DNA of 64,000 nucleotides, taken from positions 1,696,001 to 1,760,000 of the forward strand of contig OY781945.1 of assembly GCA_963677435.1 (NCBI GenBank). Reading direction: 5' to 3'. Under the pieces are notes generated by a model, which was not told where the DNA came from, searched no databases, and was given only the letters and a program-made list of their open reading frames with translations. Of the stretch, positions 10,029-19,623 are shown in pieces (position 1 is the first letter of the stretch; the number at the start of each line of letters is the position of its first letter). The stretch comes from an uncultured Aliarcobacter sp. Its GTDB lineage: Bacteria > Campylobacterota > Campylobacteria > Campylobacterales > Arcobacteraceae. The translations under genes and the position numbers were made by a program.

Positions 10029-11621
10029 ATGGTTCAAACTGTCAATCTTAAAAAAGCTTTCGGTGCTAGAGTTTTATTTCAAGACATAAATTTAAAATTA
10101 GATACTGGTAAAAGATATGGACTTATCGGTGCAAACGGTGCTGGTAAAACAACTTTCTTAAAAATTTTATCAGGTCAAGAAGATGCAACTGAGGGTGAAG
10201 TACAAGTTCAAAATGGTAAAAAAGTTGGAACATTATCACAAAATCAATTTGCATATGAAAATAATACAATATTTGATGCTGTTCTTTTAGGAAATAAAAG
10301 ATTACATGATGCTGTAAAAGAAAAAGAAGAGCTTTATATGAGCCCTGAATTTACAGATGAAATAAATGAAAGATTAGCAGAGCTTGAAATCATTTGTTGT
10401 GAAGAAGACCCAACTTATGAATATGATGTAAAAATTACAAGAATTTTAGAAGATTTAGGTTTCCCTGCATCTGAGCATCAAGAATTAATGAGTACTTTAA
10501 CAGGTGGAAATAAATTCAAAGTTTTATTAGCACAAGTTTTATATCCAAAACCAGATGTTCTATTTTTAGATGAGCCTACAAATAATTTAGATATTGCAAC
10601 TATTGGTTGGTTAGAGAATCAATTACAACACCATGATGGAACAATGGTAGTTATCTCTCATGATAGACACTTTTTAAATGCTGTTTGTACACATATCTTA
10701 GATGTTGACTTTAAACAAATTAGAGAGTTCACAGGAACTTATGATGATTGGTATATAGCTTCAACATTAATTGCTAAACAAAATGAAAAAGATGTTAACA
10801 AAAAACTAAAAGAAAAAGATGAACTTGAAAAATTCATCGCTAGATTTAGTGCAAATGCTTCAAAAGCAAAACAAGCAACTTCTAGACAAAAACAACTTGA
10901 TAAACTTGATGTTGGTGCAATTCAAGTATCAAGTAGAAGAGATCCATCTATTATCTTTAAACAAAAAAGAGAAGTTGGTAAAGAGTTATTAACTGTTAAA
11001 AATATTTCAAAATCTTATGATGGTGAAGTAGTTTTAAATGATATTTCATTTACAGTTGAAAAAGGTGATAAAATTGCTCTTATTGGAACAAATGGTATTG
11101 GTAAAACTACTCTTTGTGAAATTTTAGAAGGAAATATAAAAGCTGATAGTGGAGAAGTTTTATGGGGTGCAACTATTCAAAACTCTTATTTCCCACAAAA
11201 TGCAACTGATATAATTGAGGGTGATATAACTTTATATGATTGGTTAAGAAACTGCGATAGAGATGCTGATATTTCAGAAATTAGAAATTGTCTTGGTAGA
11301 ATGCTATTCAACGGACAAGAGCAAGAGAAAAAAGTAAACTCTTGTAGTGGGGGAGAAAAACATAGAATGATGCTTTCTAAAATTATGTTAGAGCAAGGAA
11401 ATTTCTTAGTTTTAGATGAACCTACAAACCACTTAGACTTAGAAGCAATTATTGCACTTGGTGAAGGTTTAAATGATTATCCTGGTTCTGTAATTTGTGT
11501 ATCTCATGATAGGGAACTATTAGATGCTTATGCAAATAGAATTATAGAAATCCAACCTGGTGGAACTATAGTTGATTTCAAAGGAACTTATGAAGAGTAT
11601 ATTGAGTCTTTAGAGGCTTAA
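10029..11621 (+). CDS. ABC-F family ATPase (YbiT-like)
   Basis: Two NBDs (GANGAGKT and GTNGIGKT; LDEPTN twice) and no transmembrane segments. Confidence 0.9.
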   Translation: MVQTVNLKKAFGARVLFQDINLKLDTGKRYGLIGANGAGKTTFLKILSGQEDATEGEVQVQNGKKVGTLSQNQFAYENNTIFDAVLLGNKRLHDAVKEKEELYMSPEFTDEINERLAELEIICCEEDPTYEYDVKITRILEDLGFPASEHQELMSTLTGGNKFKVLLAQVLYPKPDVLFLDEPTNNLDIATIGWLENQLQHHDGTMVVISHDRHFLNAVCTHILDVDFKQIREFTGTYDDWYIASTLIAKQNEKDVNKKLKEKDELEKFIARFSANASKAKQATSRQKQLDKLDVGAIQVSSRRDPSIIFKQKREVGKELLTVKNISKSYDGEVVLNDISFTVEKGDKIALIGTNGIGKTTLCEILEGNIKADSGEVLWGATIQNSYFPQNATDIIEGDITLYDWLRNCDRDADISEIRNCLGRMLFNGQEQEKKVNSCSGGEKHRMMLSKIMLEQGNFLVLDEPTNHLDLEAIIALGEGLNDYPGSVICVSHDRELLDAYANRIIEIQPGGTIVDFKGTYEEYIESLEA

Positions 11622-11644
11622 TATATTCATTAAAGTTTTGAAAT

Positions 11645-11681
11645 AAAAAAGGGGAAGGTTTTGAAGTCTTCCCCTTTTTTT
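11645..11681. terminator. Bidirectional intrinsic terminator
   Basis: AAAAAAGGGGAAG...CTTCCCCTTTTTT between convergent genes. Confidence 0.85.
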
Positions 11682-11695
11682 ATGGCTAAAAATGA

Positions 11696-12169
11696 TTATT
11701 TTGAGTGTCTTGAAGACATTCTAATTTCTCTTCTTTGAATAGCATCGTTATATCTTCTTTTGTCATCTTCTGTAACTAAGTCTAGTTTTGGAACAGGAGC
11801 TGGTTTACCAGCTTCATCAACTGCAATCATTGTAAAATAACAAACATTAGTATTCTTAATTGTATGATCTTTAATATCTTCAGAAATTACTTTAATACCA
11901 ATTTCCATAGATGTTCTTCCTGTATAATTTACAGAGGCATGAAATGTAACAAGTGAACCAATTTTAATTGGATCTTTAAATAAAACCATGTCAACTGATA
12001 ATGTTACTGCATACATACCTGTATATCTAGCTGCACAAGCATATGCAACATGATCTAACATTTTTAAAATTTCACCACCGTGAACATTTTTCCCAGAAAA
12101 GTTTGCTTTATCTGGTGTCATTAACATAGTCATTGTAAGAGATTTTTCTCTTTTTATTTCTTCACTCAT
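11696..12169 (-). CDS. Hotdog-fold acyl-CoA thioesterase (YciA-like)
   Basis: NVHGGEILKMLD and GRTSMEI motifs. Confidence 0.88.
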   Translation of the reverse strand: MSEEIKREKSLTMTMLMTPDKANFSGKNVHGGEILKMLDHVAYACAARYTGMYAVTLSVDMVLFKDPIKIGSLVTFHASVNYTGRTSMEIGIKVISEDIKDHTIKNTNVCYFTMIAVDEAGKPAPVPKLDLVTEDDKRRYNDAIQRREIRMSSRHSK

Positions 12170-12288
12170 CTTTTTTACCTTATACTTATTGAAATATCAG
12201 ACATTATAAAACAAAATAGTAGGAAGCGTGTAGCAATTTATCAAAATAGGGCAAGAGTTTATGAAATTATAGAAAAAAGTAACATCTT

Positions 12289-12966
12289 TTAGCTATCTAA
12301 ATCCTCATTTAGTATTTTGAAGTATTCAATTCTACTTATTTCATAAGCTCCCAAACTTGCTAAATGATCATTATAAACTTGACAATCTATAAGTTCTATA
12401 CCATTATTTTGTGCTTGTTGACAAAGATGATAAAAAGCAACTTTTGACGCATCTGTAACTTTTGCAAACATACTTTCACCACAAAAAACATTACCAATTA
12501 AAAGTCCATAAAGTCCACCAACTAACTTTTCATCTAAATAACACTCAATACTAAAAGCAATATCTAAGTGATGTAAATTTACATAAGCTTGTATAAATTC
12601 ATCACTTATCCATGTGCTGTTTTCATGTTTTCTTTTTATTTCAGAACAAGCACGAATAACAGCTTCAAAATTTTCATTTGATTTTATTACGAAACCTCTA
12701 TTTTGAATTGATTTTCTAAGACTCTTTGATACTTTCATCTCATTTGGTTTTAGAACCATTCTTTTTTGTGGACTAAACCAATGAATATAATTATAATCAT
12801 CAATATACCAAGGAAAAATACCATTTTCATAGGCATTTATTAATCTTTGGGGGTGAAAATCTCCACCAACTGCAACTAAATCATCTTTCATCATATCAAG
12901 TTTTGGGAAATCAAAGTTATCATCGTCCAATAAATAGACGGCATATTTTTTATCAATTAGTTTCAT
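12289..12966 (-). CDS. aat: Leucyl/phenylalanyl-tRNA--protein transferase
   Basis: AYENGIFPW, LVGGLYG, GESMF, DASKVA and LIDCQ motifs. Confidence 0.93.
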   Translation of the reverse strand: MKLIDKKYAVYLLDDDNFDFPKLDMMKDDLVAVGGDFHPQRLINAYENGIFPWYIDDYNYIHWFSPQKRMVLKPNEMKVSKSLRKSIQNRGFVIKSNENFEAVIRACSEIKRKHENSTWISDEFIQAYVNLHHLDIAFSIECYLDEKLVGGLYGLLIGNVFCGESMFAKVTDASKVAFYHLCQQAQNNGIELIDCQVYNDHLASLGAYEISRIEYFKILNEDLDS

Positions 12967-13031
12967 ATTTGTATTTTATATGAAAAGATGTTAATATCCA
13001 AACTAATTTAAAAAAAAAGAGATTTTAATAT

Positions 13032-13718
13032 ATGCAAAATAGTTATAAAAGAGTTGATGCACATCTATCTAGTTTGGGATATTGCACGAGAAGTGAAGCG
13101 AAGAAATTTTTAAGAATTTATGAACTTACTGTAAATGATAAAAGAGTTTTTGATCCTTCAATAAAAGCATATCATAATGATATTAAAGTAAATAATGAGC
13201 CCATTGATCCTGAAACAATTACAATCTTATTAAATAAACCCTCAGGTTTTATCTGTTCACACAATGATGCCGGAAGTTTAATTTATGCACTAATTCCTTC
13301 AAGATGGAATAGAAGAAATCCTAAAATTTCAACTATCGGAAGACTTGATGTTGATACAACGGGAGCTATTATTTTAACAGATGATGGAGCTTTAAATCAT
13401 AAATTATCAAGTCCAAAAAGTGATGTTTCAAAAGTTTATGAAGCAACTTTGGCAGTTCCTTTAAAAGGTGATGAAAAAGAGATTTTTGCGAGTGGAGAGT
13501 TAATGTTAAATGGTGAGAAAAAGCCCTTACTTCCTGCAACTCTTGAAGTTTTAGGTGAAACACATGTACGATTAGAAATTTGTGAAGGGAAATATCATCA
13601 AGTAAAAAGAATGTTTGCAGCAGTTGGGAATAGGGTTCTAACACTTCATAGGGTTAGTTTTGGTGAATACACAATTGAAGATTTAAAAGAGGGTGAGTAT
13701 AAGTTCATAGAATTTTAA
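13032..13718 (+). CDS. RsuA-family pseudouridine synthase
   Basis: S4-like N-terminus; GRLDVDTTG and EGKYHQVKRM motifs. Confidence 0.9.
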   Translation: MQNSYKRVDAHLSSLGYCTRSEAKKFLRIYELTVNDKRVFDPSIKAYHNDIKVNNEPIDPETITILLNKPSGFICSHNDAGSLIYALIPSRWNRRNPKISTIGRLDVDTTGAIILTDDGALNHKLSSPKSDVSKVYEATLAVPLKGDEKEIFASGELMLNGEKKPLLPATLEVLGETHVRLEICEGKYHQVKRMFAAVGNRVLTLHRVSFGEYTIEDLKEGEYKFIEF

Positions 13719-13867
13719 CACTCATCTTTTTTTGTAACACTTAGACCTTTATTAGTCATTTCATCTATTTGTTTTTGGGTTAAATCTAAATATTTCATGA
13801 TTTTCCCATCCCAAACAATACAAGAAAAAGTCTCTTTTTTAAAAAGTTTTTTAATTTTTTCAAACAT
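13715..13867 (-). CDS. Small 50-aa hypothetical protein (not in the ORF track)
   Basis: MFEKIKKLFKKETFSCIVWDGKIMKYLDLTQKQIDEMTNKGLSVTKKDEC*; GGA RBS; starts 18 nt after the HAD gene and fills the gap. Confidence 0.65.
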   Translation of the reverse strand: MFEKIKKLFKKETFSCIVWDGKIMKYLDLTQKQIDEMTNKGLSVTKKDEC

Positions 13868-13885
13868 ACATAAATCCAGTAAATT

Positions 13886-14509
13886 TTATTTGAATTTATC
13901 AAATATTCTTTTTTCTAATTCTTCAACAGTTTCAATGGCATCTTTTTCATGGTTTGAAAATCCCCAATTTACTAAAACTGAATCAACACCTGCTTTTGTG
14001 GCTGCCATTATGTCTTTGTGAGAATCTCCAATTAATTGGGCATTAAAATTTGAAATATTATGAATATCTAGAATTTTATGTACCATTTCTGGATGTGGTT
14101 TTGGATTTTTTACGCTGTCATAACCTAAAATAGTTTTGAAATTATGTCCAATTCCAACATGATTTAGCATTTTATGTGCATATTGTGAATTTGCATTTGT
14201 TGCAACTGCTAAAACAAAATCATTTTTCAAATCATCAATTAGCTTTGAAATTCCATCATAAAGGACTAAATCACTTAAACAATGTTTATTATAATACTCT
14301 TCAAAAAGTTTTGTTTGTTGTGGTGTAAACTCTTTTGTTCCATAAAAAAACTCAGCTGAATTTATCGATGGATCATTTACTTTTTCTAAAATATAGCTTT
14401 TTTCTAATTTCTCAAAACCTAGATTAACTCTCACATAATTTATAGTATTTGTTATAGCAAAACCGCTATCTATGAGTGTTCCATCCATATCAAACATTAT
14501 TAAACGCAT
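13886..14509 (-). CDS. HAD-family hydrolase (phosphoglycolate phosphatase-like)
   Basis: DMDGTLID, KPHP and IGDS motifs. Confidence 0.88.
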   Translation of the reverse strand: MRLIMFDMDGTLIDSGFAITNTINYVRVNLGFEKLEKSYILEKVNDPSINSAEFFYGTKEFTPQQTKLFEEYYNKHCLSDLVLYDGISKLIDDLKNDFVLAVATNANSQYAHKMLNHVGIGHNFKTILGYDSVKNPKPHPEMVHKILDIHNISNFNAQLIGDSHKDIMAATKAGVDSVLVNWGFSNHEKDAIETVEELEKRIFDKFK

Positions 14510-14647
14510 AAATATTAATCCTTATTTTATATATTGATTTGTATTATATTATTTAAATTCTAAACTAAGATTAAAAAGATTAAAAAAAAGTAATTAAAGA
14601 GGATAAAATTTATCTTAATTTAATAATTGAATTGCTAGAATTTTATT

Positions 14648-14758
14648 TATAGGATATTTATATTAAATCCTCCTACTACTAAATACATTTATTTGGTATC
14701 CTATACATTGAAATAGATTTGAATCGGGCTTCGTACTTCCCATACGAAGCCTTTTTTT
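14648..14758 (+). ncRNA. Candidate orphan small RNA
   Basis: Extended -10 TGCTAGAAT at 14633-14641, a 5' stem ATAGGATA/TATCCTAT, a strong terminator, and no ORF. Confidence 0.45.
14727..14758 (+). terminator. Intrinsic terminator
   Basis: GGCTTCGTA-cttccca-TACGAAGCC followed by T7. Confidence 0.8.
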
Positions 14759-14821
14759 ATGTTCAATAAACTGATATTTATATACTTATGATTATAATAA
14801 CGATTCTAATTTGGAGTTTCA

Positions 14822-15337
14822 ATGAAAAAAATCTTACCTTTTCTTACAATAGTTGTAATAATAGCAATAATAATTATAATATTTTTATCTATGTCAAATG
14901 CAAAACAAATGGTTGTTTTAAAAGAGGGCAATACAAGCCAAACACCACTTGAAATAATTCTTGGTAAATACCAAGATAGTGATTGCGGAATGACTATTGA
15001 TAAAATGGATTATGTCTCACAAGTCATAGCACCTGATGGAAAAACTTGGTTTTTCCATGATCATGGTGGAATGGCACATTGGTTAGAAGATAAACCTTTT
15101 AAAGATAGTGCAAAAGTTTGGGTTATGAGCAAAGATACAAAAAAATATATAGATGGAAGAAGTGCTTGGTATTCAAGAACTGAAACTACACCAATGGGTT
15201 ATGGCTTTGGAGCTTATGAAAATAAACAAGATGGATTTATTACTTTTGATGAAATGACTTTAAAAATGTTAAGAAATGAGAGTCTTAAAAATCCTTATAT
15301 TAAAAAAGAGTTGTTAGGAAATAATGGAAGCAATTAG
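14822..15337 (+). CDS. NosL-like membrane-anchored protein
   Basis: N-terminal TM anchor; DCGMTI and TPMGYGFGA motifs. Confidence 0.7.
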   Translation: MKKILPFLTIVVIIAIIIIIFLSMSNAKQMVVLKEGNTSQTPLEIILGKYQDSDCGMTIDKMDYVSQVIAPDGKTWFFHDHGGMAHWLEDKPFKDSAKVWVMSKDTKKYIDGRSAWYSRTETTPMGYGFGAYENKQDGFITFDEMTLKMLRNESLKNPYIKKELLGNNGSN

Positions 15338-16034
15338 TATTATAACAATCATTTCAATAGCATTTCTAGGTTCTTTTGGGCATTGTGTTGGAATGTGTGG
15401 TGGAATTGTAATAGCCTACTCAAGTACAAAAATAAAAAGCGATTGGACAAAAAAAGTTCAAGCTCTTGCTCACTTACTTTATTCTTTTGGAAGAATTTCA
15501 ACTTATATGATACTTGGATCTTTGTTTGGTCTAGTTGGTGGAGTTGTATCTTTTGATAATACAACAAGTGGAATATTTCTATTATTTACTGGTTTTATGA
15601 TGATTTTAGTTGGACTTTCACTTCTTGGAAAAATCAAATTCTTAACTATTTTAGAACACACTTGTTCAAAATCACCACTTTATCAAAGTACATTTAAAGC
15701 TCTTTTAGGTTCTCAATCACTATTTAGTTTTTATCTTTTAGGAATGTTAAATGGTTTACTTCCTTGTGGTTTTGTATATGTTTTTGCAATCACAGCTGCT
15801 AGTACAGGAAGTGCCTTTTGGGGAGCTTTTGTAATGCTAATATTTGGTTTAAGTACAGTTCCAGCTCTTTTTTCTTTGGGATTTTTTGTAGGACTTTTCA
15901 AACAATCAAATCTTAGGGATTTATTTATAAAACTAGCTTCTATATTAGTAATAGCATTTGGATTTTACATGGGATATTTAGGATATGAATATTTAGTGGA
16001 TCCCACAAAATCAATTTTAAGTTGTCACATTTAA
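15324..16034 (+). CDS. DsbD_2 / TauE-SafE-like membrane protein
   Basis: HCVGMCGG and GLLPCGFVY motifs. Confidence 0.82.
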   Translation: MEAISIITIISIAFLGSFGHCVGMCGGIVIAYSSTKIKSDWTKKVQALAHLLYSFGRISTYMILGSLFGLVGGVVSFDNTTSGIFLLFTGFMMILVGLSLLGKIKFLTILEHTCSKSPLYQSTFKALLGSQSLFSFYLLGMLNGLLPCGFVYVFAITAASTGSAFWGAFVMLIFGLSTVPALFSLGFFVGLFKQSNLRDLFIKLASILVIAFGFYMGYLGYEYLVDPTKSILSCHI

Positions 16035-16071
16035 ATAAATCAAAAATTAAATTTTTAAGAAAGGAGAAATA

Positions 16072-16257
16072 ATGATTAATAAAACTAGAAGATACTTTAG
16101 TTTTTTTGGAATTTTAGCTGCAACTGTTAACAGAAAACTGCAATCTATTAACTGTACAATTCTTGCAATTTTAGTAAATACAATGCCAAAAATCAATAAA
16201 TTATTACTATTAAAACAATTAAAACCAATCAATTTATATTCAACAAATAACAAATAA
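16072..16257 (+). CDS. Small 61-aa ORF, candidate leader peptide of the btuB operon
   Basis: Strong AAGGAG RBS; ends 25 nt before btuB; shares a motif with ORF 41419-41577. Confidence 0.55.
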   Translation: MINKTRRYFSFFGILAATVNRKLQSINCTILAILVNTMPKINKLLLLKQLKPINLYSTNNK

Positions 16258-16282
16258 ACATAAAAATTAGGAAAAATTAATA

Positions 16283-18115
16283 ATGCAAAAAAAAATAACT
16301 ACAAGCTTAGTTGCAAGCTTTCTTCTAGCAACAACAAACCTTTTTTCAGCCCAGAGTTTAGACACAATTACAGTTACAAGTGCTACAAAATCAACTCAAT
16401 CAATCAAAGATGTTACTTCAAATATTGATGTAATTACAAAAGAAGAGATAGAAGAGAAACATTATTCAAGTGTAGTTGAGGCTTTAAATACAATACCAGG
16501 TATTTCAATTACAAGTAATGGAAGTTTTGGAGCTTCTTCTTCTGTTTATATTAGAGGAAATGATTCAAAAAGAGTATTAGTATTAATTGATGGAATAAGA
16601 TATAACGATATTACAGGTACAAGTGGAGCTCCATTTGAACACTTAATGATGGATGATATTGAACAAATTGAAGTTGTTAAAGGTGCTCAAAGTGGTATTT
16701 GGGGTGCAGATGCAAGTGCTGGTGTAATTAATATTATCACAAAAACTGCAAAAACTGGTACACATGGTAATGCTAGTGTTGAATATGGTTCTTTTGATAC
16801 AAAAAAATATGGTATGAATTTATCTCATAAAACAGATAAATATTATTTAAAAGGGTCTGTATATAAAACTGATACGGATGGTTATTCATCTTTTGTTGCA
16901 AAAAGATCTTCCCCTAATTATGGTAAACGAGGACATAAATTAGGTTTAGAAGATGATGGATATAAAAATATAACAGCAAATTTAAAAGCTGGTTATAATT
17001 TTGATGATTCAAATAAAATTGATATTTCTCATACGATAATTGATGCTGATAATAATTTTGATGGAACAAGTGCTGATTCATTAAATACATCAAATACAAA
17101 AGATAAATTTTCTACAATTTCTTATGAAAATAAAAATGATTTTGCAACAACTGATGTTTATGTAAAAAGATCAAATTTTGATAGAGAATATCATTATCCT
17201 GCAATAAATTCAACTTCTTATTTTGACGGAACTGTAAATGAATATGGTTTAAAAACTGATATCCCATATTTAAATGATAAATCTTTTGTTTTATTAGGTG
17301 CTGATTATAAATCATTTGAACATAAAAATGATATTGAAGAAAAGTATAATAATAAAGCGGTGTTTCTAACAAATAGTAATAAATTTAATGATGATAAAAC
17401 TATATTAACAGAATCTATAAGGGTAGACCAATATGACAAGTTTGATAACAAAACAACAGGAAAAATTGGTATTAAACATAATATTTTAGAAGACTTAAGT
17501 GTGAGTTCAAATTATGGTACTTCATATAATGTACCAACCCTTTATAATTTATATTCAAACTATGGAAATAAAAACTTAACACCAGAAGATACAAAAAGTT
17601 ATGATTTACAATTAGCTTTTAGAGAGTTTTCAATTACTTATTTTCATACAATTATTAAAGATATGATTGATTTTGATACTTCAACTAGCAAATATGCCAA
17701 TATTGATGGAAAATCTACTCTAAAAGGTTATGAATTAGCCTATAAAAAAGATGTAACTGAAAATACATTATTAAATCTTAACTTTACACAATTAAGTGCT
17801 AAAGATGATGAAGATAAAGATTTAGCAAGACGGGCAAAAAGACAAATTGGCTTTGGTATTGATTACTATGGTATTAGTGACTTTAATTTTAATATTAATG
17901 GTCAATATATTGGAGATAGATATAATGGTGCAAATAGAACAGGAGCTGAAACTGGAAACTATACAATTTGGAATTCTGTAATAAATTATGATATAAACAA
18001 GACATTTAAAGCATATTTAAAAATTAATAATATTTTTGATAAATACTATCAAGTTGTTGATGGATATGCAACAGAAGAGAGAAGTGCTTATTTAGGATTA
18101 AAGGCTAGTTTCTAA
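16283..18115 (+). CDS. btuB: TonB-dependent receptor, probably for cobalamin (BtuB-like)
   Basis: Signal peptide, TonB box DTITVTS, plug motifs VLVLIDG and IEVVKG, C-terminal Phe. Substrate is inferred from the cbi context. Confidence 0.72.
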   Translation: MQKKITTSLVASFLLATTNLFSAQSLDTITVTSATKSTQSIKDVTSNIDVITKEEIEEKHYSSVVEALNTIPGISITSNGSFGASSSVYIRGNDSKRVLVLIDGIRYNDITGTSGAPFEHLMMDDIEQIEVVKGAQSGIWGADASAGVINIITKTAKTGTHGNASVEYGSFDTKKYGMNLSHKTDKYYLKGSVYKTDTDGYSSFVAKRSSPNYGKRGHKLGLEDDGYKNITANLKAGYNFDDSNKIDISHTIIDADNNFDGTSADSLNTSNTKDKFSTISYENKNDFATTDVYVKRSNFDREYHYPAINSTSYFDGTVNEYGLKTDIPYLNDKSFVLLGADYKSFEHKNDIEEKYNNKAVFLTNSNKFNDDKTILTESIRVDQYDKFDNKTTGKIGIKHNILEDLSVSSNYGTSYNVPTLYNLYSNYGNKNLTPEDTKSYDLQLAFREFSITYFHTIIKDMIDFDTSTSKYANIDGKSTLKGYELAYKKDVTENTLLNLNFTQLSAKDDEDKDLARRAKRQIGFGIDYYGISDFNFNINGQYIGDRYNGANRTGAETGNYTIWNSVINYDINKTFKAYLKINNIFDKYYQVVDGYATEERSAYLGLKASF

Positions 18116-18116
18116 A

Positions 18117-18947
18117 ATGAAAATTTTTTTATTTATACTAATTTTTTGTATAAATTTATTAGGGGTTGAGAGAGTAGTAACTCTTTCTCCTTCAATAAAT
18201 GAGATTGTATTTGCTTTAGGTGTTGGAAAAGATGTAGTTGCAAATACAAATTATTGTGATTTTCCTGAAGAATCAAAAGCTATTCTAAAAATTGGTGGAT
18301 ATAACAACATCTCTTTAGAAAAAATACTTGAAACAAAACCAACTGTTGTTATTGGACAAGATTATGATGAAAAATTAAACTCTAATCTAAAAGCTTTAGG
18401 TATAAAAACTTTGATTTATAAAACAAATACAATCTCATCAATAAAAAATACGATTAATGAACTTGGGAACTTTTTTGATAAAAAAGAAAAAGCAAAAGAG
18501 TTAATATCAAATATAGATAATGCTTTAACATCTGTAAATTCAATAGTTGAAAATAAGAAGATTTTAATAGTTATAAGTCCTAAAAAATCCCTTTCAAATC
18601 AGATTTATATAACTGGTAATTTTTTATATTTTGAAGATATTATAAAACAAAGTGGTAATAAAAATGCCTATTCTTCAACAAATCCAGCCCAACCTGTTGT
18701 AAATACTGAAAAAGTTATTGGTATGAACCCTGATATTATAGTTCTTTTAACACCATTTTTAGATGGTAAAAAACAAGAACAACAAGAGATTATAAATGCT
18801 TGGAAACAATTACCAATAAATGCAGCAAAAGATGATAATATCTATACAGTAGATAAACTTTATGCAGGAATTCCAAGTCAAAGAGTAGAGTTTTTTATAA
18901 AAGATTTTAAAAAGATATTAGAAAATGTTAGAAATAAAAGATTATAA
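18117..18947 (+). CDS. btuF: Periplasmic binding protein (BtuF-like)
   Basis: RVVTLSPSINEIVFALG, YCDFP and SLEKIL motifs. Confidence 0.72.
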   Translation: MKIFLFILIFCINLLGVERVVTLSPSINEIVFALGVGKDVVANTNYCDFPEESKAILKIGGYNNISLEKILETKPTVVIGQDYDEKLNSNLKALGIKTLIYKTNTISSIKNTINELGNFFDKKEKAKELISNIDNALTSVNSIVENKKILIVISPKKSLSNQIYITGNFLYFEDIIKQSGNKNAYSSTNPAQPVVNTEKVIGMNPDIIVLLTPFLDGKKQEQQEIINAWKQLPINAAKDDNIYTVDKLYAGIPSQRVEFFIKDFKKILENVRNKRL

Positions 18948-19623
18948 CAGTGCAATTTTGCATGAGATTTCTTTTTCATTAAAAGAAAAAGAAAACTTAA
19001 TAATATTAGGTGAAAATGGAGCGGGAAAATCAACCCTTGCCAAAGTTTTATCAAATCTTATTTCAAATGACAAAGTTAAACTTTTGGGTGAAAATATCTC
19101 AAAAATAAGTGATTTGAAAAGAACTCAACTAATAAATTATATACCTCCAAAACTCTCTATTTTTGATGAATATGTAACTTTGAGAGAATTTTTAGAACTC
19201 TCTTTTGTTAACAGTGTAAATAATGAAAAAATAGATGAAATAATCAAACTTCTAAATCTAAAAAAATTAGAACATAAATATTGTAAATCATTTAGTTCAG
19301 GTGAAAAACAACTTTTACTTCTTTCAAGCGCAATTATGCATAATGCCCAAATTACTATTTTTGATGAATTAACAGCAAATTTAGATATTAATAGATTAAA
19401 AGAGGTTTTTGATATTTTGAATTCGGATTTACTTAAACAAAAAATTGTAATTACCCATAATCTTGATTTAGCTTATGCTCTAAAATACAAAGTATTATTT
19501 TTAAGTGATGGAATAATTGAATTTTTTGGGGAACATGATGCGTTCTTTTCAAATGATAATCTAAAAAAAGTTTACAATAATACTATTTTGAAACTAGATA
19601 ATCATTTGGTGGTAAATTTATGA
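18925..19623 (+). CDS. ABC transporter ATPase (BtuD/FecE-like)
   Basis: GENGAGKST, FSSGE, FDE and THNL motifs. Confidence 0.85.
   Translation: MLEIKDYNSAILHEISFSLKEKENLIILGENGAGKSTLAKVLSNLISNDKVKLLGENISKISDLKRTQLINYIPPKLSIFDEYVTLREFLELSFVNSVNNEKIDEIIKLLNLKKLEHKYCKSFSSGEKQLLLLSSAIMHNAQITIFDELTANLDINRLKEVFDILNSDLLKQKIVITHNLDLAYALKYKVLFLSDGIIEFFGEHDAFFSNDNLKKVYNNTILKLDNHLVVNL

Noticed and set aside
16035..16282. Cobalamin riboswitch upstream of btuB
   Set aside because: No GGGAA core, B12 box or GC-rich helices are visible, and the region is filled by an ORF. A covariance search is needed to be certain.
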